A stretch of 63,058 nt of DNA, filler included. It is 20 parts of 20 records of this genome, joined end to end, with 100 filler letters (N's around TTAATTAATTAA, not from the genome) between each part and the next. Parts side by side here need not be neighbours in the genome. Positions count along the whole stretch, not along the records: positions 23,319 to 27,183 come from SRR36015645_8267; positions 27,284 to 29,554 come from SRR36015645_8532; positions 29,655 to 34,977 come from SRR36015645_8725; positions 35,078 to 37,476 come from SRR36015645_8804; 16 more parts are not named here. One strand, given 5' to 3'. Numbering within the stretch: position 1 is the first letter of the stretch; each line of letters starts with the position of its first letter. Shown piece after piece: positions 25,100 to 37,576 of the stretch. Under the pieces are notes generated by a model. The model made no database searches. It worked only from the letters and a program-made list of their open reading frames with translations, and was not told the DNA's origin. Made by a program: the position numbers and the translations under genes.

Positions 25100-26760
25100 T
25101 TCATGCAGCATACTGTTTAACAATTTGTGTAATTCTTATCAGTTTCGTTAAATATTCGAATTGCCTGTAGGAATGACATACATTTACAATATTTTGTCAC
25201 TATGACCATGCGCTGGGAAAATTCCACTTGGTAATTTAGGCTAATAGGCCTTATGTTAACGCTCCTCGGGTTATACCAGTGTTTTGCAAAAACAATAGGT
25301 AAAACACATAGGCCTACGTGGCCTTTTCACAGTCACTCATTTTGAATAGGCCTGCTGCAGATTTGTAATGGGAACAGTTGAAAAATTTGAAATCTGAAAT
25401 CCTTTCAAAATTAATAGGGTTCTTATTTATAACTGCAGACTCACTGGTATGACCCTCATATCGCCAATTCTAAGGCTTGTATAACAGAATTAATTTCATA
25501 CATGTACATGTAATTACAATGTACTTCATCTTGGTTTAGCCGATCATCTCAAATAATATTTACCACTCAGTGTATCGTAAATGTAACCTGCCACTATTTA
25601 AAAATGCGGCCGGCTAACCGGTCTTTAACGAAAATGACCAAGGGTGTTAGGCCAATAATACATGGACAGATATGCAACTGGTATGGTTAGTTTAAATAAT
25701 AATTGCATAAATGTAGCTTTAGGTGATGCTCTATTATTGTTGCCCGCCTCTTCCCTATCGACAAAATAATGAATTAATCCGGCTGTACAGTGTACAATGT
25801 GTTGTTTTTTTTTGGTTCGGTTGTCACATTTCATAGTAAATGCAAGCAAGTATTCCGTAATGATTGGTTGTGAAACAGTTTTATGTTGTGCTGCCGTATA
25901 CCAGTCACCATAAATTAGCAATCCTAGTGATTAAGTAGATTTTTCAACTTAATACTCATGAAAATAGCCTATAGTGTATTCACCGAAATATTAAGTAAAG
26001 TTGTTTAGATTTAGCTGTACATGTATGTATCAATTGAATGGTATAACTCTGATTACTAAATTATTGTTTGCAGTACATGTAAGTACATGTAAAATTCTAC
26101 TGTAGGTCGTCGCGAGTTTTTGTCTGAGAAATTATGGGAAAAGTCCTCTCCTATGATGCTAAGCCTGTGCATTTCGTGTTCGCACTGAAGAGCACATTTT
26201 TATTATGATTTTTAGAGATTTAAGTAGCATAATTATTATAGGCTTACATTTAGATACAGTGTTGTACTAAAAATATTACTGTAGTGATGTTAGAGGTTTT
26301 GCGGATTTTCCGTATATTTTGAAAAGTAGAGCATATTAAAATAATCAAGATCGGCCTAGCTCGCTAAATGTTAAAATAGCCTTTTATGAACTTAGCTTGA
26401 ATCATCAAATTTTTATGCTTTCATGTATCGGTACTTACAGTTTGGCCTAAAATTATAGGGTATAAATCGTTACAGAATGTAAATAGTGTGTACAGATGCA
26501 CCCTTCTGCACTTCTCTTGTTTAATGTGTATATTATTGTTTTTTCGCCTTCTTGTTATATTTTATTTTCTACATTATTTAATTACTACTAACATTTGCCT
26601 GATTTTATCTATGTACTCTTGTCTTAATGGAATGTCACACTTCACGTTACCTGAAATTGTAACAAAGTACTGCAATGCGTTGTTTGTGCAGTATATGATG
26701 TGTTGCCCGGCAGACTGTCTGACTATGATTTGTCACGTATACTTAACCGAATATAAATAA

Positions 26761-27183
26761 ATGGGTATATCAATAGCTCAATACAGATCTGCCATAGGCA
26801 TATTTAATTTGAGAAATTGTATTGTAGGATGTGATAAAAATGTTTCACGTGGTGTATATTTTGGAATAATAATTTTTTCTTTGTGTATAAACATGCATTT
26901 TATTATTACAATTGTGGCGATGCTAATTATCATATCCATGCAGGTCCACGTAAATCCGGGACCAGTTAACACTGCAAGCCGTTCTGTTAAAAACAATATT
27001 TCTATAGCTCATCTAAATATGCGCAGCATGTACCCAAAAAGCAAAAACATGAGTTGTAAATTCACAGAATTTTCCGTCTTTGCTCAGCAGTATGATGTCA
27101 TCGGGGTAACTGAAACAATGTTGCATAACAATATAAAATCTGACACCTTAAACATAGTTGGTTTCCAGGATATAATAAGAAAA
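26761..27183 (+). mobile_element. LINE ORF2 N-terminus (hydrophobic leader, 2A-like NPGP, start of APE endonuclease), truncated
   Basis: MGISIAQYRSAIGIF, hydrophobic stretch, VHVNPGP, then IAHLNMRS and DVIGVTET endonuclease motifs. Confidence 0.8.
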
Positions 27184-29023
27184 NNNNNNNNNNNNNNNNN
27201 NNNNNNNNNNNNNNNNNNNNNNNNNNNTTAATTAATTAANNNNNNNNNNNNNNNNNNNNNNNNNNNNNNNNNNNNNNNNNNNNCGACTTATAGGAGAAGA
27301 TATACGGTAATAGTCAAGATATTAGTAATTTTGATAACGCGTTGTTGCAATGTATTCTTTGATCAGCACTATATAAATACTGAACTGAAAAGGTAACGAA
27401 ACTATTAACACATTCGTCACATTGATGGATAAAAATAATAAAAATAAATATTAAGAATGCTGTTGTCAGTTTCTTGCCTTCTGTCGTCCGCTGGAGACTG
27501 GTTTTAGACTTATTTGAAAGCATTGAAGCGTGGACTCGTGCATTCATGATGCCCTCCTTAGAGATATATTATAAACTTGTGCAGAACAAAACAGGAGAGC
27601 AGCGTAATATTGAGAATCTCGTAGAAAATTGCGCGCCGCGCTATATAATTGCAGCACGCTCTGCTGCGCATCAACAACAACCGACTGGCGTCAACTGTGC
27701 TGCTCACATTGAAGAGAATATATGAAATTTAGGAGAGAAATAGACGAGTTATCATCCATGTTGGAATTCTTATAACAAGAAGAAGATGGTATTTAGTGCT
27801 GAGTAACTCACCAGGGTGCGACTTAAGCGCCATTGTGCGGCAGTTTTTGGAAGAAGTTTCCGTGTTCTTTGCGAAAAGCTTTATCATTGTGTTGGTATAC
27901 GATTACCAATTTTTTTTTATTTGCAGCAGGATTTTTTGCGTGCAAAATTTGCTGTTTATTGGTATTTTATTGGCTATTAAAATCAAATATAGATTGTTGT
28001 AAACCTCGGTGATGCTTACCAAAACTTTTATTTGCAAGTGATTGGTTATAAATAGCCGATATGCCTCTGCGTTCTCGCATGCAGCAGCTCTATTTTTCTT
28101 TTTAATGAAAACGTGGTATAAATATAATACTTTTGCTGCATATTAAATCTGATAGACATATAAAACTGAGGTTTGATAATCATGTGCAGCTTATATTAAA
28201 ATTTAAACCATATTGAACTGATTATGCGATCTCTGAGAAGTTGTCAGTTTTTTATATTGACGTTTTAGTCTAATTTTCCGAGCTATTTATGCAACTTTTT
28301 GAGCACAATATCTGTTGTTTATGTTTTTTATTGGTTATTAAAACCAAATAGATTGTAAAACTTTGCAATAATTCGCATATCGTGTGTGACAAACAGCTAT
28401 TTTAATTGCAGTATAAGTTAGCTATAAATAGGTGTCATACATCCGAAACTATCAGTATAGGTGAATGTAAAATGGATTATTTTAAAGTTTATTAGAGATT
28501 TTATTTGCCAACACAACTATGATATAGGCCTACCCTTATTATATTGTACCGTACACTTTTGCGCATGTGATGGAAGAGTATACCGGTGTACCGGACCATC
28601 TTTCCCCCAGTCCATCTTGCCATCGGTGGCAAGACGGCCCAGACTGTCCTGCCCCTAATATTTTGAGGAGATGTATATTATTTTATCGCATCTCTTGTAT
28701 GGACCATCTTCCCCTATTTTTGCGGATTTTGTTATGATTTTAGCAATTGACGACTATATATGCCACACACATACGGTATTTTAAAGAAATATAATGTAGA
28801 AGAATATAAACTCACGGGTACAGAAATTGATCACAGGCGATGGCACACAATTAGTGATCACAGTTGGTAAATTGTTGTATTCATTCGCCCATTTTGACTC
28901 AGCGATGGAGCTGCATTGAATATAGTCCTGGTTAATATTGAATAATAGTCTAAATAGATGTATGTTTAGGACCTTATCAAAGAGGTGATAATTCACAATT
29001 ATTAGGTTTCAGTTATGTTACAG

Positions 29024-29254
29024 GTTGACCATTTGCCGACGAAGAAGTTTGCCGCTGCGCCTGACGTGGCCGATCAGTGCTGCATCTGTCTGAGTGACCT
29101 ACACAAGGACGATGTTCTGAGAACACTGCCGTGTCGACACGTTTACCACAAGAAATGTGTCGATTTGTGGCTCAAAAAGCGCAATACGTGCCCATTGTGC
29201 CGCGAACGTGTCAGGGTGAAAAGGAGGGGCAAACACAGGGGGCGTCAAAGCTAG
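29024..29254 (+). CDS. Terminal exon encoding a RING-H2 zinc finger (probable E3 ligase)
   Basis: CCICLSD...LPCRHVYHKKCVDLWL...TCPLCR (C3H2C3). Preceded by TTATGTTACAG acceptor (29021-29023), ends in TAG, and is GC-richer than its flanks. Confidence 0.8.
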   Translation, partial: VDHLPTKKFAAAPDVADQCCICLSDLHKDDVLRTLPCRHVYHKKCVDLWLKKRNTCPLCRERVRVKRRGKHRGRQS

Positions 29255-29265
29255 AAATACCCGTA

Positions 29266-29554
29266 TTATACCAGGAAATAATCGATAAAATTTTGGTTTT
29301 CTCCACATGTTATAAGCATGTGTTCAATTGTTTCTGTCATATTACAGTGTGAACAAAGTGGCGACGGTTTAATATTATACTTATACAGTAAAGCACCATG
29401 AGGCAAAATGTTAAACACGACTTTATAACTGAATTCTGCTAGTTTTCTATATCGGCTGTTTATAACAATATTTTGTAGCACACTGCCCCATTCAATGTCA
29501 GTATTGAAGATTTCATTATATTTGGGCATAAATCTTCCCGTAGTCATTTTCTTT
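29266..29554 (-). mobile_element. L1/Tx1 LINE ORF2 C-terminal zinc-binding remnant
   Basis: EFSYKVVFNILP...LCSHCNMTETIEHMLITC matches the zf-RVT-type CCHC end of L1-group ORF2. Confidence 0.75.
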
Positions 29555-29656
29555 NNNNNNNNNNNNNNNNNNNNNNNNNNNNNNNNNNNNNNNNNNNNTT
29601 AATTAATTAANNNNNNNNNNNNNNNNNNNNNNNNNNNNNNNNNNNNNNNNNNNNAC

Positions 29657-32600
29657 ACTTATAATATTCCACAAGAGGATATTTATGCTCACCGTTACGA
29701 TCCTGGTAGACAGTGTAGCTCTAATGAATATAGATCTAGTAATGTTAACGCTTTACATCAGTTCAATGTTCAAGACAAGCCTGCACCTACCTTTTCCCAG
29801 GATGTATTTGATAGGAGACAGGTAACACCCCAAACTACACCTAGTCCAGATTCGAATGTAATGTATGACATTCTGCGTAAGATTTCGTTGCCATCGCAAG
29901 TTCCCGAAGTCTTTGATGGTGAAATCATAGATTTTCCTGAATGGATTACATCATTCGAAGCTCTTATCGAAACCAGATGTCAATCGCCTCAAGAATGCCT
30001 ATATTATTTAGGTAGATTTATATCTGGTGAGGCTAAAGAGGCTATAAAGGGTCTTCTTAACGCTAATTCAAGTGCAGCCTTCCAAAAAGCCAAGGATATT
30101 CTGAGGTCTCGCTTTGGAAGTCCCTTCCTTATTGGCCAAGCCTATGTTAATAAGCTAAAACAGTGGAACAGGATTGGGCCAAATGATAACAAAGGTTTAA
30201 GAGGCTATGCAGATTTTCTATCTTCTTGCTACGAGTCGCTAGCAGCGTTAGGAAATCCAAGTTACATATATAAGTTAAACGATGAGACCACACTTCAAAG
30301 TGCAGCTGCTAAGCTCCCAATTAGGATAGCTTCGGCATGGTGTGCTGCAGTTGAGGAAAGTATATGCCAGGGCAAAGGAATTCCTAGATTCGTGGATTTC
30401 TGTTCGTTTGTCGAAAAGCATGCAAAACAGTGCAACAATCCCATATTTTCCTGCCAGGCCCTCAACGCACATAGAAGTATTAGTGATTACGACGCTAGTG
30501 ACAGGCAAGCGAAACCTGGACCAGTATCTAAAGGATTTCAACGAGCCTTTACAGGATCTACCGGTGCAAGCAGCTTTGCCACTACATACAAAAGACAACC
30601 TAACGAAGCTAAGGAAGAAGCTCAGGCATGTACATTTTGCGAAGATATTCACAGCATAGGAAATTGCTCTAAATTTCTGAAATTGAGCTTAGATGATAGG
30701 AAGTCCTTTGTTTTCAAAAGTCGCTTGTGCTTCGGCTGTTTATGTTCAGGCCATCGTTCGATGTTTTGCAAATCGCGTAATACGTGTAAAATTTGTAGTG
30801 GGAAACACCCAAGTTCTCTCCATGAAGATTCTTTCAAGAAAAACCCCAGAGTTATTGAAGATAAAACAAGTTCAGTAAGCCATGCAACAACATTAACTTC
30901 TGAGGTTGAAGGAAATGAGAGCATGTGCAACGTTTCCCAAATTGTTCCTGTCTGGATAAGTTCAGGCGAGCAGGAGTTGCAGACATACGCCTTGCTAGAC
31001 TCTGAAAGCGACAGCTGCTTTATTAAAAAATCGTTAGCAAAAAAACTAGATGCACAGGGTGTTGAAACTAATTTACAGCTGCGCACGATGCAAGGGGTTA
31101 ATAACATTAAAACTACAAAGATATCTGATATCAAAATTACGAGTTTTGATAGGAACCAGGAATTTTCTTTGCCAAAATGCTTTACAAGAGAAGAAATTCC
31201 TGCTTCAATTCTGCAAATACCCACACCCGAAGTGGCAAATATGTTTCCACACTTAAAGAAGATTTCAGGGAAAATACCGGAATTGCAGCCAAATGCGGAA
31301 ATTGGTCTTTTAATCGGTCGTAATTGTCCCAAAGCGGTAAAACCTCGTGAGGTTATTACTGGAAGACCAAATGACCCTTGGGCCGTACGTACTGTCCTGG
31401 GATGGGCGATTCTTTCCGCACCAAATGACGGTGAGTCAAACATCAAAGTATGCAATACATGTTGTACTGGTGATCCCATGCAGACTGCTAAGGCCATAAT
31501 AGTTGGCAAGACCAACTCCAAAGAAATATACTCACCTGAGAGAATAAATCAGATGTTTGAACAAGATTTCATAGAGCATTCACAAGACAACAGCTTACCT
31601 ATCGAGGATCAACGGTTCATGTCAATTGCGACTGAAGGCATTCATCTAACGGATCATGGTCATTATGAGCTGCCCTTACCTTTTCGTTCAGATAACCTAC
31701 ATTTACCTAACAACAGAGTATTAGCTGTACGCAGATTACAGCACCTAAAGGTTAAAATGAGTAAGGATCAACAGTATCGCGAAGACTATACAAAGTTTGT
31801 CAATACAATGATGGAGAAAGGTTTTGCAGAACCAGTCCCTTTATTTGATCTACCTGTTGAAGATAAATTGTGGTATCTCCCTCATCATGGCATTTACCAT
31901 CCTAAGAAGCCTGGTAAGATTAGAGTGGTATTTGACTGCAGTGCCGAATACATGGGTGAATCGCTCAACAAAAACTTGTTACAAGGTCCAAATCTCACTA
32001 ACAACATGCTCGGTGTGATATGGCGGTTTAGACAAGAGCGCGTAGCACTCATGGGAGATATAGAAGGAATGTTTAATCAAGTACACGTAAATGAAGAAAA
32101 TCGTGACTTCTTGCGTTTCCTATGGTGGAAAGATGGTGACTTGTTATCGGAGCCTCTGGAATACAGGATGACCACTCATTTATTTGGCGCAACATCATCT
32201 CCAAGCTGCTGCAACTTCAGTTTGAGGAAAACAGCTGATGACAATGAAGACGTCTATGGATCTCGGGCAGCTGATTATGTACGCCGACATTTCTATGTCG
32301 ATGATGGGCTCACGTCTGTAGAAACCGATATTGAAGCCATTGAACTCATATCTAGCGCCAAGAATATGTGTCTGAAAGGAGGATTTAATCTTTGCAAATT
32401 TGTATCAAATAGCAAAGTCGTGATTGATTCCATTCCAGTGGAAGATCGTGCAAAGGAAATAGCATACCTTGATCTGGATCGCGAGCCATGGCCTGTAGAA
32501 CGTGCCTTGGGTGTAACATGGTGTATAGAAAATGATTCCTTCAAGTTCAGAATCGTTCTCAAGGATAAACCGTTCACACGGCGTGGTATACTCTCTACGG

Positions 32601-34977
32601 TCAGCTCCATATACGATCCTCTTGGGTTTGTAGCACCAGTAATACTAGAAGGAAAGCGCATTCTCCAAGAAATGTGTCGTGATAATATTTCCTGGGATGA
32701 AGCCGTACCTGATCGTTTACGCTATAGATGGCAGAAATGGAGAGCCGAGCTGCCACAACTTGAATCGGTTGAAATCCCACGATGTTTCAAAGGTAATGGC
32801 ATGGAAGCAATGAAATTAATAGAGCTACACACATTCTGCGATGCTTCAAGTACCGGATATGGATGCTGTTCATACTTGCGCTTAGTCGATGTGAACAACA
32901 AAGTTAATGTATCCCTGGCTCTAGGCAAAGCCCGCGTGACACCTCTGAAGCCTGTTACTATTCCAAGATTAGAATTGACAGCAGCTGTAATCGCCTCTAA
33001 GATGAGCAAAATTATTTGCAAAGAGCTCGATTATGATATCACTCGTGAAGTATTCTGGTCCGATAGTAAGGTTGCACTAGCATACATAAGCAATGAATCT
33101 CGAAAATTTCACATTTTTGTCGCAAATCGGGTGCAGACAATACGTGAGACATCTAGTCCCGAGCAATGGCGTTATGTGAAATCCAAGGAAAATCCAGCGG
33201 ACCATGCATCACGAGGTCTTAGTCCCAAAGATTTAAACGAAGGCTCCACTTGGATAAATGGACCAAGGTTCCTACAGGAAGCTAATGACAATTGCATTCC
33301 TGATGAAGAAAATTCGGAGCCATCTATAGTATTGGATAACGATCCAGAGGTAAAGGCTCACTCTTTCGCCACTAGTCATGAAGAAGTTCATCTGTCTGAT
33401 CGTCAACCATTTAGTGCCAGGTTCGAACGCTTCTCTAGTTGGTATCGACTAAAAAGGTCCATGGCTATTTGTCTTCGCTATCTTGACAAGTTGTCAAGAA
33501 GAACCAAAGGTAAAGATCAAAATAGCAGCAGCTCTTCGTTATCTCTATCAGTTGAAGAGATGACACGAGCTGAAGAAGTGATCATCAGGATTGTTCAAAA
33601 GGAGCAGTATTCTAAGTCTTTACTAGCACTTCAGCCCGTTGATAAGTCTGGAGCACGTAAATTATCTACTACAATGCCAAAGAAGGCACCAAACAGTGAA
33701 TGTACTCTGCAGGCCCTAGATCCATTCGTAGACGAATCCGGTCTGTTACGAGTTGGTGGTCGAATCAGGCGTTCGACTTTACCTATTCAGACGAAACATC
33801 CTGCAATTATACCTGTAAAGAATTACATATCAATTCTGATCATTGATCATTTTCACAACAAAGTGAATCATCAAGGAAGAGGCATAACACACAACGAGGT
33901 AAGATCTGCAGGTTATTGGATCACAAGTGGCAGGTCTGCAGTTTCAAGGCTTATTTCAAACTGTGTCATATGCCGCAAACTACGTGGATATGCTGCGGAA
34001 CAGAAAATGTCAGATTTGCCGACTGACCGACTAGAGCCAAATCCACCCTTTACGTATGCAGGTTGCGATGCGTTTGGTCCCTTCTATGTCAAAGAGGGTC
34101 GGAAAGATCTGAAGCGCTACGGTATCCTGTTCACTTGCATGGCTTTACGTTCAATACATCTAGAAGTGGCGCATTCTATGGAAACTGATTCCTTTATCAA
34201 TGCATATCGGCGATTTATTGCTAGGCGAGGCCCTATACGTCAACTGAGATGTGATAAAGGTTCTAATTTCGTTGGTGCACAAAGTGAACTCAGAAAAGCC
34301 TATAAGAGCATGGATCATGATCGTATCCAAAGGAATTTGTTAGAAGACAATTGTGACTACGTCACTTTCAAATTCAACGTACCTTGTGCATCACACATGG
34401 GAGGAGTCTGGGAGCGTCAGATCCGCTCTGTTAGAAATGTTCTTTCGTATTTGCTCCTAGCAAGTGGTAGCCAACTAAATGATGAATCCCTTCAAACATT
34501 TATGTGTGAAGCGGAAGCCATTGTCAACTCACGACCTCTAACAGTAGATAATCTGTCATCACCAGATTCGTTAGCACCTCTCACTCCAAACCATTTGCTG
34601 ACAATGAAGACAAGAGTTGTACTGCCTCCACCTGGTATATTCCAAAAGGAAGACATGTACTGTAGGAGACGATGGCGCCGCGTCCAACATATGGTAAATG
34701 AATTCTGGCTTCGGTGGAAAAAGGAATTTCTTCTCTCCTTACAAGAACGACACAAGTGGGAGAAACCAAAGCGTTCCCTCCAGAAAGATGACATTGTCCT
34801 TATCAAGGATGACAATGTCCCACGTAACATGTGGAAGCTGGGACGTGTGATTGAGACCTATGAATCTGATGACAACCTCGTTCGAAAGATCAAACTACGT
34901 ACGTCAGATTCGCATATGCTGGAGAGGCCAATCCAAAAATGTGTCCTACTGGTACCGGGGATCCCAGACGAGGAGCC
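29657..34977 (+). mobile_element. pol: BEL/Pao LTR retrotransposon gag-pol polyprotein (single uninterrupted ORF)
   Basis: Gag (FDGEIIDF), three Cys/His knuckles, protease YALLDSES, RT (YLPHH, RVVFDCS, FYVDD), RNase H (FCDAS, IPRLEL), integrase (DAFGP, CDKGSNF, GGVWER), ending ERPIQK...GIPDEE. Confidence 0.96.
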
Positions 34978-37576
34978 NNNNNNNNNNNNNNNNNNNNNNN
35001 NNNNNNNNNNNNNNNNNNNNNTTAATTAATTAANNNNNNNNNNNNNNNNNNNNNNNNNNNNNNNNNNNNNNNNNNNNGAGGTACCGGGGTATGGCCACTC
35101 CGTGCACGGCAGTTACTTGGAGCCATAAGTGAGAGTTGAGAGACTGTAGGAGGTGAACACCTACTACCCATCTCAAGGATGTGACTGGCAGTAGGTCATG
35201 TCGATTACCTCATACAGACCTCCCCATATACCCCATATTACGGTCATCATTGCAGTTTAATTAAACGTTCAAAGTGAAACGCATTGTAAATGTACATTAT
35301 AGATATAGGCTATATGCACGTAAAGTGCATTCCTAATTTTCGAAGTGTCTCGTTCGAGACATGGATCAGTGCCCGCCCGTTCCTGTCAAAAAAATGTCAC
35401 TTACAGGTCAAAACAGTAGTAGTTTCGAAAGAACTAATGTACAAGAGGTGGTTTCAAAATAACTGCACAAGGGATAAAACAATGACAAGTACTCCAAGCA
35501 TCAGATGTATAGCACAGACCTCCGCCCCGGGAGGATCCTGTGAGTGTATGCTGCTCCATATGAACCCGGTGTATAGAATATCGAGCATGTGTAAGAAGAA
35601 ACGACACACAAAAACATTCAAGACAAAATAAAAACATGAAGCAGGTAGGAATGTGAAGGTGATCACTGTCCACAAAAGCTTTTTATCACAATTCCTTTGG
35701 AAATTAGTTGTCATACAGCACGGCATAGTTGTGTACTGTAAATGTTGGCTTATGTACCGTATCCAGCAAGTTTCTGCATATACTCAACTCAAATTTTTCT
35801 GCCACAAAATTGTTTCATCTCCCTGCTTGAATCGCTACATTTTTAGGGCGAAGGTGATGAAGTAAAATCGGTAACATTATCTAACAATCACCCTGATCAT
35901 GCAACGAGAGCCGAATCCAAAGGATCAACCACTGTGGCACAGTTTCCAACAGATAAACGGTAAGAGGATGTATAAATAAATTCGATCATGGATGCTCTAG
36001 TGGTCTTGGCACAAGACTTGTGTATTGGTCCTAACAAAACAGACACATTTTTGCAGACTCATACATGTACACGAATTCCCCAACATATCCCGAATTATAC
36101 TGGTGAATTATTAATAGTTAGGCCTATACAGGTAGTTATATACAATGTATATACGCAGGAATCAAAAAGTAAAATAGCCGAGGACAACCAGAATATAGAC
36201 CTCCAGATCATAAACCAAGAAATAAACCAAGAAAAAGTTGGCCTGCCATTACCAGATGAATTCCCACTTAGGCATTTTGCCTGTAGATAACACACTATGC
36301 CCTTGGAGCGAGAGGGTGAGGCAAACAGTGCAATTCGATACCAGGTATGTCCCGAAAAGATGAGCAATAGCCTAGCCGATCTACTACATGTACATGTATG
36401 GCCATTGATAAAATAATCAAACAAAAATCAAAGTCAACAGGGAGTAAAGATGAGTTCTATACACGTGGATAGAACTTCACACCAGAAGGAACCAAAGATT
36501 CCAAACGATGTGATTAATACATTCCTAGTCCTTAACCGTTGTTTTTGAGTTATTAGCGATTTTGTAATATTTGCCCTTTTTGCACATAAAATATAGACGT
36601 TTTATTCAAAATGGCCGACAACATGGAGGTATTTTAAAAACCTATAAATAATTGTACTGGAAATGGTGGTTTTCTATACGTACATGCATGTAATTGATAC
36701 ATGTGAAGTCCATAAAACCAGCCATTTTTGAGGTGTTGGCATTTTTGTGTCAACTGGCGGCCATCTTGGGCTTCGTGACGTCACAACTAAAATTGCCCAA
36801 TTGAAAGAGAGAAGAGAAAGATAACAGTACACTTTAGTATTCTCATAAGTAACCATTTAAGGGCTAATCGCCTAATGGTATGTTTACGCATGCACTGCAT
36901 TGCATCATTTAGGGGCTAAGTACCGGTTATGCAAAAAAGTTAATTTAAGGGCTTACTGGTCCGACAAAAATACACACTATCACTATCTTAAGTGCGTAAA
37001 ACTGACTTGTTTTACAATGTATGCATAAAATAGTTTGAGTAATTTAACTATATACATGTAACAGACTCAGGCTAAGAAAATCAGTATTGGATTCGGTCGA
37101 CAGAGACTGTACAACTGTGTTGGATTTGGTAGATTTGGTGTTAAAAAAATAATAATAATTGTATGGTTGTGCTCCCCAGCTTTTTGGTTGTCCCCACATA
37201 GTCTTTATTGTTACCTGGCATATTATTAGATTATTTCAAGACTGATTTTTATCTGTGACTGATATTTAAAGAATAACTGTAATTGTCAAAGAAAATAAGC
37301 ATGTGATCATTAGGCCAATGAATCACAAATTGACTCAGTCGCCCACTTATAACCGAAATGACATGCTATTTCTCGCCATTTCGTTGTAAGAGTGCCACAC
37401 ACAATACATGCATATTGGCGATCATCAATTTCCCAATTAGGCCTCTAGGCATTGATCGAAAATCGACATTTCCGTTNNNNNNNNNNNNNNNNNNNNNNNN
37501 NNNNNNNNNNNNNNNNNNNNTTAATTAATTAANNNNNNNNNNNNNNNNNNNNNNNNNNNNNNNNNNNNNNNNNNNN

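Noticed and set aside
27474..28002. Short ORFs as upstream exons of the RING gene
   Set aside because: No recognisable domain, stops in the candidate frames and no clear splice pairing.
18355..29254. UBR + PWWP + RING as a ubiquitin/chromatin gene cluster or TE cargo
   Set aside because: They lie on three separate contigs, so the proximity is artificial.
30649..31521. 290-aa antisense ORF, and the many other 60-185 aa ORFs opposite or inside TE genes
   Set aside because: These are shadow frames of long coding sequences with no motifs of their own.
35078..35240. GC-richer start of the non-coding contig as a tRNA-derived SINE or ncRNA
   Set aside because: I could not identify A/B boxes or a cloverleaf.
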